Positions 14,132 to 26,786 of a stretch of DNA of 64,000 nt are shown here, piece by piece. The position numbers and the translations under genes were made by a program. Source of the stretch: Camelus dromedarius (lineage: Eukaryota); assembly GCF_036321535.1 (NCBI RefSeq), contig NC_087437.1, positions 10,666,001 to 10,730,000 of the forward strand, written 5' to 3'. How positions within the stretch are numbered: position 1 is the first letter of the stretch; every line of letters begins with the position of its first letter. The notes below the pieces were generated by a model. It saw only the letters and a program-made list of their open reading frames with translations. It made no database searches and had not been told where the DNA came from.

Positions 14132-14281
14132 GGGGAGAGGGTAGAGCTCAGTGGTATGCTTAGCATGCACAAGGTCCTGGGTTCAATCCCCAGTACTTCC
14201 GTTAAAATAAATAAATAAGTAAATAAAAAACCTAATTATCTCCCCCCTTCCCAAAAACAAAAACCCAAAACACAATTTGAA
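14132..14281 (+). mobile_element. Camelid tRNA-Ala-derived SINE (vic-1 type)
   Basis: ggggagagggtagagctcagtggta[short deletion]tgcttagcatgcacaaggtcctgggttcaatccccagtacttcc, A-rich tail; perfect 17-bp TSD caaaataacagaaattc at 14114-14130 and 14282-14298. Confidence 0.93.
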
Positions 14282-14377
14282 CAAAATAACAGAAATTCAT
14301 GGTTATGCTGTCCCTGATGTCAGTCACTTTTCTGTGAGTTTTCTATAACTAATGCCCTGTTAATCTCAGTCTCTTTT

Positions 14378-14613
14378 TTTTTTTAATTGAAGTACAGTCA
14401 TAGTGTGTCAATTTCTGGTGTACAGCATAATGTTTCAGTCATACATATACATACCTATATTTGTTTTCATATTCTTTTTCCTTCTAGGCTACTACAAAGA
14501 TATTGAATATAGTTCCCAGTGCTACACAGACGAAATTTGTTTTTATCTATTTTACATATAGTAGTTAATAGTATTTGCAAATCTCGAATTCCCAATTTGT
14601 CCCTCCCCACCCC
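14378..14613 (-). mobile_element. 5'-truncated young L1 3' end (camelid/cetartiodactyl type)
   Basis: poly-T then aattgaagtacagtca...tattgaatatagttcccagtgctacacag...tttgcaaatctcgaattcccaatttgtccctcccc; TSD ctcag(t/c)ctctttt at 14365 and 14614. Confidence 0.9.
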
Positions 14614-14920
14614 CTCAGCCTCTTTTAATGACACTTTTCTCCGTGAAGATCATCTTAGTAAGGGTCTCAATATATGTTTGCTTTTTTTAAAAAATGAATA
14701 AAGATACTAACTTGAGTGTAAAACAGGATCACTTAGAAGAACTGGTTTTATATCAGCTGCCTGGAAGATGGAACCAAAAAGAAAAAGCCAGCATTGGACA
14801 GTCTTTCCAAGGTCCTGCAGTTCATAAAGATTTGGCAGTGTGTTTTCCAGTTCCCTTCTGTCTTTCTTTCGCTGCCCTTCTTTTTTGATTCCTTTTTTGT
14901 TTCTTCCATCTTTGTGGAAA

Positions 14921-15116
14921 TGAGGCAGCATCCTGGAGAGGGCAGGTCAGGGTGAGCTGGGTTCACGTCCTGGCTCTGTTCCTTCTGCTTGTATAAACTC
15001 ACACTGATCCACTTGACTCTCTGAACAAGCTTCCATCTCCGTATCTGTAAAATGGTAAGAATAATGCCTCATTTATAAGATTATTGGGGGAAAATGATAA
15101 AACATTTAAAGAACTC
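14921..15116 (+). mobile_element. MIR SINE
   Basis: ctgggttcacgtcctggctctg ... tatctgtaaaatggtaagaataatgcctc. Confidence 0.75.
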
Positions 15117-16109
15117 ATTTGGTTAAAATTTTTAATAATATTATGATTACACATTCAGTTGAAACTACAGGGTAACAAGGCATAATAAAGCTCAAATAAA
15201 TAAATTTGATGATTTATAGGTTGCTAAATTAAAGCTTTTGGTTAAAGAGGAGATTGAAACTTAACGGTTAAAATGAGTTTTCTTGAAAGTGCCCATGTGG
15301 TTATCCCTGCTAACCCTGTCTTCTGTGACCATGTTAATTGAGTTGACTGTAAGAGAGATGGAATGAGGAAACAGTTCTCCTGCCAAGTTAAAGAACATCT
15401 GTGTGCCCAGAGGCACGCATGTCCAGCCTTATTGGAGAAAATGCTTTAAAATTCAGCCAGCAGTACTTGAGACTTCCCCGATGATGAATTGCCTGCCAAA
15501 CCATGCCACCGAGTACTCGATTTAATTCACTTATCTCTCTTGGCATAGCTTCTTTATAAAGCCAGTGCCCTCACAGGGGGTAAAGGTCAGCAGGAAAGCC
15601 CATTCCAAAGCTTAAAGCAGCCATGCTTAGTCACATTTTGAATTCTTGGGCTGTTTTCTTCCAAATTTCCCCAGTTGTTTTGGAGACATATTTTTCTTCA
15701 GTTTCACATGCCAAAGATATTCTACAAATGATGTTGTCAAGGTGGTATATTCTTTCTTTCTCTCAGGGGAGCCCTGACATTCAGAGTAGCCGGCGAAAGA
15801 GGACTGGCCACGATGCGTGTTTATTTAGCTTCTTTCTCCTCTTCCTCCTCCTCCCCCGTCCCTCCCTCCCTCATTCCAGGAGACTTTATCCAAAACTAAC
15901 CTGTCAGGTTTCTTCTGTTTTTCTTTTGGAAAGAACTTAAAGACTTGGGTGTGATCTGAGACATCCTGGAACAATGGAAACAACCCTAGTTGTCGACTTG
16001 TCTGTTCTTTTGGTCTGTGACCATAGCTAGCATCTTGGGGTCCACCAATGTAAAATTAATTACGTCTTAGCATCTTGATGTCTTGATTACCTGGGGGGTT
16101 CTTTTTGAA

Positions 16110-16300
16110 AAGCTTTAAACTTGTAATTGTGAAAATGTCCAAACATACACTGAAGTGGGGAGTTAAAGCCCAGGTACCTACTAGCTTTCATTACCATCAG
16201 CTTTTGGTGTACTATTTCCTCTGTCTTTTTATGTCGAGTATTTTGAAGAAGATTCCAGTCCTCATGCGATTACACTCTTAAGTTTCATTATACATCTCAT
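16110..16300 (-). mobile_element. Ancient L1 (L1MC/L1ME-like) 3' end fragment
   Basis: ttgtgaaaatgtccaaacatacac...cccaggtacctactagctttca...gagtattttgaagaagattccag. Confidence 0.55.
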
Positions 16301-18649
16301 GTAAAACCTAAGAATTTCAAGTGTTTTATCTCTGCCTCCCCTCACCCCTCTTGGAAGAAATTACCAATAATATAGAAACATAAAAAAAAAATTGTTTTCC
16401 AAAGATTTCTGATTTTGTAATAATCTTGCTTCAGCAGTTCTTAATTTGAAGTTTATAGAACCTTTGGTGGATATGGGAACCTTCTCAAATTAATACAGAA
16501 ATTTGCATGTATACGTGTATGTGCTTTTTGGGGGGGGTGCGTGGTGGATATCAAGTGGCATCTTTTATGCAAGTTTCAAAGGAGCCCCTGGCTGGGAGAT
16601 TCCGAACCTGGGTATAGAGAGGGGTTAGATAGGGTCCTCACCTGATTCTGGGGCTCTGCATACATGGAAGTACTCTACATACAGTCTAACCTTGATTTAA
16701 AAAAAAAATCTGTTGAAATACACTAGCACAGCATCAGTTTCTTTGTAACAAAACACTGAACTAATTCTGCTTACAACTCTGTATTTAAGTGAGGCAAAGC
16801 CATTTAGAAACAGACTATAAATAAATACTTGTTGGAAAAGGATTATTTGAAGCTTGATAGGATATCTCTTTGTGGCCCCAAGATCAAGTAATCAGTCTCT
16901 TGCAGTGTCTGTAAAGAAATAAAGTTTTTTGGGTGTGCTAATAAAATGTTTTCAAAGGAAGGCCATTTAGTATTGATTTGGGTTAGATACTTCATTTGTC
17001 AAAAAAATGGATAGAATTTATTTGGGAAAATCATTAGACCTGGATCACACTGGACATCTAAATATTTACATAATGCACAGGCAGCGAGTTTGGTCCCGCT
17101 GCAGTCTTCCCAGCCCAGTTAGACGTGAGCGCAGAGCTGGTCAGCGTGCCAGCCCTTGAAGGCCTTGGATCTGTTCAGCTGTGGGACTCTGTTGGTTGCC
17201 TCTTGTAGGTCATAAATCTTTATGGTAAGAGATACAGAACCTGAATTAGAAATGAACTTTTTCCAATTTAACACCGGAATTGGACACTGGGAACCAAGTG
17301 CAGGTGACAGTGAAAACTGCTCCCTGGAGCAGAACCCAGTTGGTTCCCATGGCCTGTTTCTGAGAGTCATAGTTCACAAAAACTACCAGAGTTTAGCCAA
17401 CACTATAGTTTCACTTTCATCTCCTTTAGGAGTACACTTGTTCCTTGGAAGATGCTTGTCACTCTTTGTTGTTTGTCTTTATTGGGATTTAATCTCCAAC
17501 ACAAGCAAGTAAATACACAGGGTTATATTAGCTCTCGATGGATTTCCCTCAGGGGTTAGAAATCATGCTCTCAGAAACCATGAATGATTTTCCCGTGACT
17601 CAAAGAGCAGGCCCTTGTGTTTGGAGTCATGCTTCATTTCTGCTTTTGAAGGAGGTCATCAGATCTGAGTAGCCACATACCCAAAGCCAATTAATGAGTA
17701 TTACACTATAATGGATGTGGTTCTCATCATGTTTCATGATTGAAAACGACGATTCTGGTGGTGTTATGTGTTGGGCTGCAGTTCCAAGCACGGACTTTAC
17801 TTTCTCAAGAGTAATGGAAAGTGGATTGTGCTGCGTCCTCGCTTCTCTGCCCTGTCTCTGTCTGAGGGTGCATGTAGACAGATGACCGTGAAAGTATCCG
17901 ATGGGTGGTCTGTGTTGGTTGCACCTTGAACATCCAGCACGACATCACTAATGCAACAAAAAACACTGAAGAGAGGGGTACACAGGAGACTCTGAGAAAA
18001 CCAGTAGTGGCTCACAGTGGTTTCTGTGACTGTGATAGACCCCCAGACCAAAATCAAAACTTGATTGTCAAGTGTTAATAGGACATAGAATATAAGGACC
18101 CTTGGGCTGAATACTTTCTAGAAGTAGCCTTATGGCTACTCCCTGATGAATGTGCTCTTAGGTGTGTGGAAGAGGAAAAGGCAGTAGAGCTGACCCATGA
18201 ACAGCACAGGGTTGCCCGGTGTGGGTCCACTTCAACACCAGAATTTTTCCATAGTAAACGCTGCAGTTCTGCCCAAACGACATTTGGCCAAATCCGTGGA
18301 TGCAGGTGACTCTTGGCAATTTGATGGGAATTTTAAGGAAAAAACCTGACACACTGGAGAAAGTATTGCATTATAGATGGGGAATCAAGATACTTATTGA
18401 AAAGTTAATTTAAACTTCAGCCATCACGTGGTTTTAACATTAGGCAAAAATTTCCCTTCCGCTTTATAGGAGAAACAAGTATTTCAGGCCATCAATAGGA
18501 AATTCATATCATATTGATCTCTGCAGTAGTATGGTTAATATCCCTTTGACCATAACTTTTCCTACAAAATTTTAACTATAAATAAACCTTCAGGGAAGAG
18601 ATTGGAAGTATTAAATTTCAAGGTCCAACTATAGTCATTAAGATCAATC

Positions 18650-18942
18650 CAGCCTTAATCATTTGGTACTTCCCTCTGCCCCTCAAAGACTCATCCAGTC
18701 TGAACTACCTTATTTTCCCCAACTTCTAATACTCCTTCACCTTTGTGTGAAAAAGATTCAGTTATCCCTGCCTGGAAGCATCCCCTTCACCCACTCTTCA
18801 GCTTGGCCTACTCATTCTTCAGGTTTTAGCTTTGATATTTTGTGAAATAAACTTCCCTTGCCTTCTGTGTTCCCACAGATCCTAGGCATCTCACTAGAGG
18901 GTGCTTGCTTGTGGATTGCTCTGTGTCCCTTAATGCACTGTA
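18650..18942 (+). mobile_element. L2 LINE (upstream part, split by Tigger1)
   Basis: ccctgcctggaagcatccccttc...tggcctactcattcttcagg...ctgtgttcccacag; resumes after 20800. Confidence 0.7.
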
Positions 18943-20799
18943 CGGGTAGACCTCGCAGATAACTGGGGTTCAGCTCCAGACCACTGCAGTAAAGCGAATA
19001 TCACAGAAAAGTGAGACAAGTGAATTTTTTTCTTGGTTTCCCATGCGTATAAAAGTTAGATTTACACTATACTGTAGTCTGTTTGGTATGCAATAATAGC
19101 ATTATATCTTTTAAAACAATGTAGATCCCTAATTTAAAAATGCTTTTTTGCTAAACTGCTAACCAGCATCTGAGCCTTCAGCAAATTGTAATCTTTTTCC
19201 TGGTGGAGGGTCTTGTCTCGATGTTGATGGCTGCTGACTGATCAGTTGGTGGTTGCTGAGGGTTGGGGTGGCTGGGGCAATTTCTTAAAATAAGGTAAAC
19301 AATGAAGTTTACTGCATCGATCGACTCATCCGTCTATGAACAATTTCTCTGTAGCGTGCAGTGCTGTTTGATAACATTTTACCCCCAGAAGAACTTCTTT
19401 CAAAATTGGAGTCAGTCCTCTCAAACCCTGCTGCTGCCTTATCAGCTAAGTTCATGTAATATTCTCCAGTCCTTTGTCATTTCAACAGTCTCCACAGCAT
19501 CTTCACCAGGAGTGGATCCCACGTCAGGAAACCACTTTGCTCATCCATGAGAAACAACTCCTCATCCTTTCCAGTTTTCTCAGGAGATGGCAGCAATCCA
19601 GCCCCATCTTCAGGCTCCCCTTCTGATTCTGGTTCTCTTACTGTTTCCACCACTTCTGCACTTACTGCCCCCACTGAGGAAGTTTTGAACCCCTCCGAGT
19701 CATCCTTGAGGGTTGGAATCAACTTCTTCCAAACTCCTGTTCATATTGGTGTTTTGACTTCTTCCCGGGAATCAGACATATTCTTAATGGCATCTACAAT
19801 GGTGAGTCCTTCCCAAGAGGTTTTCAGTTGACTTTGCTAAGATTCATCAGAGGAATCACTACTTATGGCAACTATAGCCTTACGAAATGTATTTCTTAAA
19901 TAATAAGACTTAAAAGTCACAATTCCTCTTTGTTCCTTGGGCTGCAGACTGGATGCTGTGTCAGCAGCATGGAAACAGCACCGGTCTCCTTGTCCATCTC
20001 CCTCAGAGCTCCCGGGGGACCAGGTGAATTGTCAGGGAGCAGTCATATTTTGAAAGGAACCTTTTTTTCTGAGCAGTAGGTCTCAACAGTGGGTTTAAAA
20101 TATTTGGTAAACCACGTGTAAACAGATTTATGTGCTGTCATCCAGGCTCTGTTCCATTTCTACAGCACAGGCAGAGTAGATTTAGCATCATTCTTAAGGG
20201 CTGTAGGATTTTCAGAATGGTAAATAAGCATTGGCTTTAACTTCAAATCACCAGCTGTGTTAACCCCAAGCAAGAGAGTCAGCCTATCCTTTGAAGCTTT
20301 GAAACCAGATATTGACTTCTCCTCTCTAGCTATGAAAGTCCTAGATGGCATCTTGTTTAAAAATAAGGCTGTTTCATGTACACTGAAAAGCTGTTGTTCA
20401 GTGGAGCTGCCTTGAATGATCTGAGCTCAGTTTTCTGGGGAACTTGCTGCAGCTGCTGCATCAGCACCTGCGGCTTCACTTTGCACTTTTATGTTGTAGA
20501 GACAACTTCTTTCCTTAAACCTCATGAACCAACCTCTGCCAGCCTCAGACTTTTCTTCTGCAGCTTCCTCACCCCTCACTGATAATTGATCACCATAAGA
20601 AATAAAATAATAATGAACAAGTTTGGAATACCGTGAGAATTACCAAAATGTGACACAGAGACACAAAGTGAGCAAATGCTGTTTGAAGAATGGTGCTGAT
20701 AGACTTATTCATTGAAGGGTTGCCACAAACCTATTTGTGAAAAATGCAATTATCTGAGAAGCACAGTGAAGTGAAGCACAATAAAACAAGCTAGGCTTG
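18943..20799 (-). mobile_element. Tigger1 (TcMar-Tigger) DNA transposon, both ends present, internally deleted
   Basis: TA|cgggtagacctcgcagataactggggttcagctccagaccac at left and tatctgagaagcacagtgaagtgaagcacaataaaacaagctaggcttg|TG at right match the Tigger1 termini; internal ORF fragments match Tigger1/TIGD1-type transposase. Confidence 0.95.
19300..20575 (-). pseudogene. Disrupted Tigger1 (pogo/CENP-B family DDE) transposase
   Basis: ORF 20160-20351 [49 protein letters not shown] and ORF 19477-19722 IPTLKDDSEGFK...EPED...DEELFLMDEQ resemble Tigger1 transposase; broken by stops and frameshifts. Confidence 0.9.
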
Positions 20800-20897
20800 T
20801 GTGCTCTGTGATGTCAGGGATTTTCTCCAGAAACTTGGCACAGCACCTGGTACACATCAGCATTCAGTACTTACCTGATGAATCACAGAAATGAATA
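20800..20897 (+). mobile_element. L2 LINE 3' end (downstream part, split by Tigger1)
   Basis: gtgctctgtgatgtcaggga...ttggcacagcacctggtacacatcagcattcagtac...atgaat. Confidence 0.7.
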
Positions 20898-21984
20898 ATT
20901 GTTCCATTAGATAACTAGCAACTAAGAGGAAGCTGTGTGGATATATGTGTGTATGTATATATATCCTGTTATTACCATATTTTTGTGTATTTTGGTTTTT
21001 ACATTATGTTTTGAGGGTAAAATCTTTTGTAACTCACCCCATCCCTTCCTTAAGAACTCTTCTTACATGCGCCATCCCACTTCTCCATGTTTTGGAAAAG
21101 AATAAACAGGACCCAAATGGTGATTTATCCCAGTGTACAACTCAGCATGTAAAATTCCGTTAATGAAATTGTTACGGTATAAGGAAACCTTTTGAATCTG
21201 AGACTTGCTTCTGAGAGTTTTGTAGTGAACCTTAGAGGAAATCATACTGGCCCATTGCTTCCGTTGTCAGGGGAGAGACCCTGCTGCCCGGAGACATTCA
21301 GTCTAACTGAGCCCACTTCCAGTGAGTGACAAGATCTTCCATCTGTCCGTGTGAGCCAGCACGCACCTGTCAAGCGCCTGCCACGGTGCCTGGTGTACTG
21401 CACGTGGTAAATAAATGGGACTTGCCTCCTTTCCCTCTTCTGAGCTTTCAGAAAGAAACAGAACACCATTTCCATGATGAGGAGGCCATGAGAGCACTGG
21501 AAAAATAGGGGAATCACTATATTAACTGTCAAGGAGGGTTCTCAAGTACAACTTTAACCTCAGCTTCTGAAAGCTATTAGCTAGATGTTATCATGTTTTT
21601 TCCAAGTTAAATTTCATGATGGGGATTTCTTTTTGTCCTGTTTGGCAAAAGAAAGTTATGGGTTCAATGAGTAAGGGTCAGTAGCTCAAGAAATGGTGTA
21701 TTAGCCATTTAAAAAACTACATCTAGGTTTACTTCCCAAATTAATGGGTTTTTTCAATCATCACCTCCTTATGTTATGATTAAAGCTGATCTAAAGTACA
21801 TGTTCTTATAAATTATGATTATCTGATATATATTTTAACAGTAGTTCCATAGGAATTTGGTATTTAGTCTTGGAAGGAAAATAGTTAACCTCGGCTTCTG
21901 TTATGCCATAAATTTGGTTTCATTTGTGGTTTAAAACTGAAACAAGATGACTAATAACAGCAGAACCAGAAAACCCAAATACCC

Positions 21985-22510
21985 ATATTTGGTTGGTCAG
22001 ATTAGCAAAGATTAAAAAATAAAACTCACCTTGTCAAGGATGTGGGTAGCATCATATACTGTTGGTGGAACTAAATTGGTACAATCCTCCTAGCTGGCAG
22101 TGAGGCAGTATGTAACCTGTGACTGTGAAATTACAAAGGAAATCATTGGGCAGGTGCCCAAAATATTTGACTATGGCTGGTCATGTAGCATTTTGTGAAG
22201 TAGTAGCCTAAATTTCTAACAGCGAGAGCACAGTGAGGTAAGTTATAGTGTATCTGTTCAACAGAATAAACAGGCAGACATTAAAATGTGTGTATATATA
22301 GATTAAAAAAAAACATGGAACAATTTGCCTAATATGTGATGGGGTGGGAGGGAAGTGGTCACATAGCTGTATGTTACCTAAGCAAAGTAGAACTTTCAGA
22401 AGGAAATACACCAAAATAACAACAGAAGTTATTTTTGGGCAGCTTTCCCCCATCTCCTTTCATCTGTATTTTCCAGAGTTTCCTTTATGGGAACATACTA
22501 TTATTGTTTA
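21985..22510 (+). mobile_element. Ancient L1 (L1ME-like) fragment
   Basis: tcagattagcaaagattaaaaa...caaggatgtggg...catatactgttggtggaactaaattggtacaatcct...ggaaggaaatacaccaaaataacaacag. Confidence 0.75.
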
Positions 22511-23319
22511 TTATTATTCCACTTGTTTCCCAAGAAAAGGAAGCATTATTAAAATAGCCATATTAAAACAGCATTAAAATAGGTTCTGTCCTAACCTAGG
22601 AGTCAAGGAAAATTTAATTAAAGGAAGGTTTTCCAAGGGAAATTTATTTTAATTTATTTATCTACAGAAGAACATTTTAGCTATACCTGATTTAGCCATC
22701 CTGCTGATTTAAACTTTTATAGTTTTGCTACTCAATCCTAAATTTTCCAGAAGGGAAAAGAATTTGTCTCAAGGCTGCCCCTACGAATGCATGAAATAGG
22801 AAATCACTCACCAGGTGTGATTTAAAGGCTCCTGGGGGTCTCCCTGCTCTCCATATCCATCTCACCCCTCATCACCAATGCTGTCAGACTTGAGACGGAG
22901 CCATTAAAAGTATATTCTTTAGGTTAAGCGTTTTCATCCTGTGGTCATTAATGAGGGGTGTATGTCAAATCACTGTTTTGTTTTGTTTTGGTAAATTAGT
23001 TCATCAGCTTACTCTGCGCCATGAGATGGGACTTTTGAAGCAGAAGGCAGTGCATGGGAGGGACCCGAGGGAATAGAACTGCTGACATTTGGAGAGATGG
23101 GGGAACGGGATGTCCACTAAATATTCCTACTGTCCGTTTTACTTTGCACTGGGTTAGGTGAAACCATTTGACAAATAATTAGATGGGGGAAAGATATAAC
23201 TGTGATTATAGATTTACAAAGATTAATAAAAGGAGTGTGGGGGTATAGATTTCATTGTTAGTTATGCCTGTTGCCAACTGGTTTAAATAGACTTAAGCAA
23301 ATTGGAAAGCCGAGTATCT

Positions 23320-23970
23320 GAGATGACATCTATCTCCTGCTTCTGCATCTCAAAACTTCCCCTCTCTTCTGGCTTTTACTGAGTCTTGACAAAATGCGCC
23401 GTGTGGTCCTGCTGACCTCTGGTCACCCACAGACTGCGAGGGACATTTTCAAAGCTCTTACCCTCCTTGATCTTTCTGTGCATCTTGCTCAGCGCGGGAC
23501 TCCTTCTGCTTTAACGGCTTTCTTTCCTTGGCCCCATGATGAGGGTCTTTGTCCTTCTTATCCAGCCACTTCCTCTCTGACTGTCATCAGTCAGACTCAG
23601 CCAGGGGCCTTCTGCTCTTCTCTCAGATGCCCTTCCCTGTGCTTTGCTACTACGAGTTTTTAAACAGTTACCTCTGACCGTTTGCTCAGACCTTTGTCTC
23701 CATTTTTCTATCTGTCCACCCCTGTCTCTCACCAGAACTTTCTTCTTGGGAATATCTCACATCTTCTGCATTAAGTCAGACACACAGTCTCATGAGTTCT
23801 TCCCTCAAAGTGGGTGTCCACTCACCCCGTTCTTTCTGTCTTCCTTGGCAGCAAGCCTCCTGCGGGCACTGAGCGCCTCCAGCCGGATGACTGCTACCAG
23901 CGTTTTAACTGATCCTGCCAGCTCATCTTTTAAAAATCTTGCTGCGACATCAGCCTTTCTGAAACACCTA
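23320..23970 (+). mobile_element. L2 LINE fragment
   Basis: cttaccctccttgatctttctgtgcatcttg...tttccttggccccatga...ctgctaccagcgttttaactgatcctgc. Confidence 0.7.
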
Positions 23971-24310
23971 GTTGTTTTGTTTTGTCTTGTTTTGTTTCAA
24001 TCATTTCCAGTCTTCCTTTCTTTACAAAACCAAATTTTGTACCAACTCTCTTTACTGGATGTTTCCTTTTTAGCGGTGCTTCTTAGAAATGATGGTATAA
24101 TATATTCCATAGTTTCTAGTGCTTAATCATACCTGACCTTGTCCTTAACTATTTTAGGGATTTACTTGTATCCCCACTTAAAATTCAAGTTCCTATTTAA
24201 TTGAATTGAACAATACCTTGCATTTTTTCCCTTGCAAATAATTGTGCGGAGCAGTGGAAAACTCAGATGTTTTGAATTTGTGTGTGTGTTTTCCACCCAG
24301 ACTTTGAACA

Positions 24311-24445
24311 TAGTGGTTCTCAAACTTTAGTAACTCAATAACTGGTCAGATTTCTTGTTAAATATATTAATTGTCAGGCCCAAACCCTCAGAGAATCTAA
24401 TTTAGTGTGAGTCTGGAAACCACATTTTCAGCAATGCTGCTGAGG
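24311..24445. mobile_element. MER5-like hAT-Charlie fragment
   Basis: agtggttctcaaacttt...cttgttaaa...caggcccaaaccctcagagaatctaatttagt. Confidence 0.7.
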
Positions 24446-25587
24446 TTTTGGGGTGGTTTTTTTTTTTTTTTTTTTGAATAGTACTGTTAGTCCCCCCTAA
24501 CACCTATATGTGGTACAGCTAGAAAATTATTTTAATAGCACTGTTATTACATATGGTATGTGTATGGCTTTTAAAAATATTTACATAAATATGAGGCCTA
24601 GCCTCAGAGAATTCTAGGCCTCCCTGGTTGCTTTTAGGAATGCCACAGTGAGTGAACTGTTCTCTGCCAAACAGATTTAAACTGCTGGGAGCTCAATCAT
24701 GGTGTTTAGATTCCTCTGAATAAAGATTTATGCCATCAAAAAGAGGGGAGGAGGATTGAAAACAATAGAGTAATAAACAGAAGGTAATGGAGAATATACA
24801 TTCTGTTTAATTCCATGAGAAGGTCAAACAGATTTTTAAAGTAATATCTCACTTTAATAGTCCAAATTGTAATGTTATAAAGGATGCATCTGTTTCATGT
24901 TATAAAACAAATATTAAACTCTGACTTGACAAATTGGAAGCTATTTAGGCCTTGAATTTATTACATTTCCCATTGAGATTAGGGTTTTTTTCTTTGATAG
25001 AATGAAGTTTCTCCTGACTCTTAATAGGCTATTTTCTTCCATTCTTTTTTTTTTCTCTTCCCTATGCCAAATTTTAATTTAATACAGCATCAGACCTCAG
25101 TGGTTTGAAAAACAGAATTTGTACAAAATTGTATTAGAATACAGTAAAAATCGTCCATTGAAGAGAAACTGAGATAGTTTTAGGTCCTAAAAAAATTATT
25201 TGATAAAGATCTCTTTATATAAATTAAAACACATCTCAAGTTAAATGTTTGATGAAATAATACTGATTTGTGTATTATATGAGAATTATATTGGCAAAAA
25301 ATGAAGTGAAAGGACCTTCTTGTTGCAGATTTAGCCAACCCAGTTTGATTACTCATATTTTTTCAGGTTCTTTTGGTAATTGTCACAGCCTTACTTCAGG
25401 TGAACTGAGATCTCAGACCAAATTTTGCCCCATGTACAGACCTTTATTATCAAGCAGACACAAAAATAATCCTAGAACCCTTTTTCAAAGGCAAGTAAAT
25501 TCCCTGTTTTGTTCTTTTAAACGTGCTCGGACAAGCACTAAGGCAACAAGACAACATTCTGATGGTGGGATTAGCTAACCTTCTAGT

Positions 25588-25762
25588 CTGATTGGGCATC
25601 ACAATTCTCTACTGATTGGGAAGGATGTTTGGTGCAGGAACAAGACCTGAAGACTTTCATGACCCTGCATGCAACTCAAAAGACGTTAGGCTTCTGGACT
25701 TGCCAGAGTCCACTCCATTCATGCAAGGGTGGAAGAGCTCGTGTGCTACTTCTGACCAATCA
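25588..25762. promoter_or_regulatory. Cluster of three CCAATCA (NF-Y-type) boxes, candidate internal promoter
   Basis: ctgattggg at 25588-25596 and 25612-25620 (reverse) and gaccaatcac at 25754-25763, in sequence I do not recognise as repeat. Confidence 0.35.
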
Positions 25763-25791
25763 CGTATTTTGAACACTTTTTATTTCCCCAG

Positions 25792-25848
25792 TAAAATGTA
25801 TTGCTAAAATCTTTGGTGCTCATGGATGAGTCCTCCATTGGAGGGCAG
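25792..25848 (+). other. Candidate exon (57-nt cassette, or 3' end of an alternative first exon)
   Basis: ctgac branch-like motif at 25752, acceptor actttttatttccccag|, donor CAG|GTAAGG at 25848/25849; ATG GAT GAG TCC TCC ATT GGA GGG CAG runs into the donor. Confidence 0.25.
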
Positions 25849-26786
25849 GTAAGGATATTTGATGCAGTTAAAGACACTGGATCCAGCTACCTCTGGAGTT
25901 AAGATCCTGAATAAAGTCTTTGACAAAGCTAACCGACCACTCTCTGAGTAGTAATTCCTGATGAAGTCCTTCAAATGTTCACTTGCATATAAAGACATCA
26001 TATGATCTGTATTGATATTTTTTTTCAAGTTGCAAATATGATCAGTTAGTGGTTTGTAAAAAATCAAAGGGACCGACATCTTTTGCTTATGTAATTTAGG
26101 ATGGGATGGAATAGATGTACATTGCATTTAGTATTATTTTGTGAACCTTTTTCTCAGTTATATATGTATGTATCACTGGGTAATGTAAGGATGTATATCC
26201 TGCTGTGAGTCATAGACAGACATGTTTGCAATCAGCAGTTAGTGTTTTGAAGTAAATTACAGCTGAGGTACAACCATAACTTTAGTCAATCCTAGATTTA
26301 TAATGGAATAGAATTTACTGGATTCTTGAGGGTTATTTTAGTAAATAAAAATCTAAGCCTTTCCCGTATTTCCAAAGTTACATTACTCTTATACAGAATC
26401 ATCAGCTAAGACAGTAAGTGAAAAAGAGAAAAAAGTGTTCTTTGTTGAAAAGCAGATCTTATGCTAGGCATTCTATCAACAGCAGACTATTTTCTGGAGA
26501 TGTTAAAAATTGCTGTTATGATAGATCTTTCATGGTAGCAATAGACAGACTCCCTGAATCTTGAGAACAACAGTAGAGGGAGAAGATGGGATGAGATGGG
26601 ATGATTACAGCAGTAATGACTCTGAGTGCCAGATTTTGGGGGTTTTAAGTCATGTGTTACTTTGCAAATGATACTTTAATATGGATAAAATTCCCTTGGA
26701 GGTAAGGATGTTAGATTAAAGGCCTTAGCACCTGCTAGTCTTCCTGATTTTCTCTTTACAAATGTTAGTTTTCATTTTAAATTAAA

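Noticed and set aside
19300..20575. Domesticated TIGD1-like gene
   Set aside because: Multiple stops and frameshifts, N-terminus deleted, terminal repeats present: a decayed transposon copy
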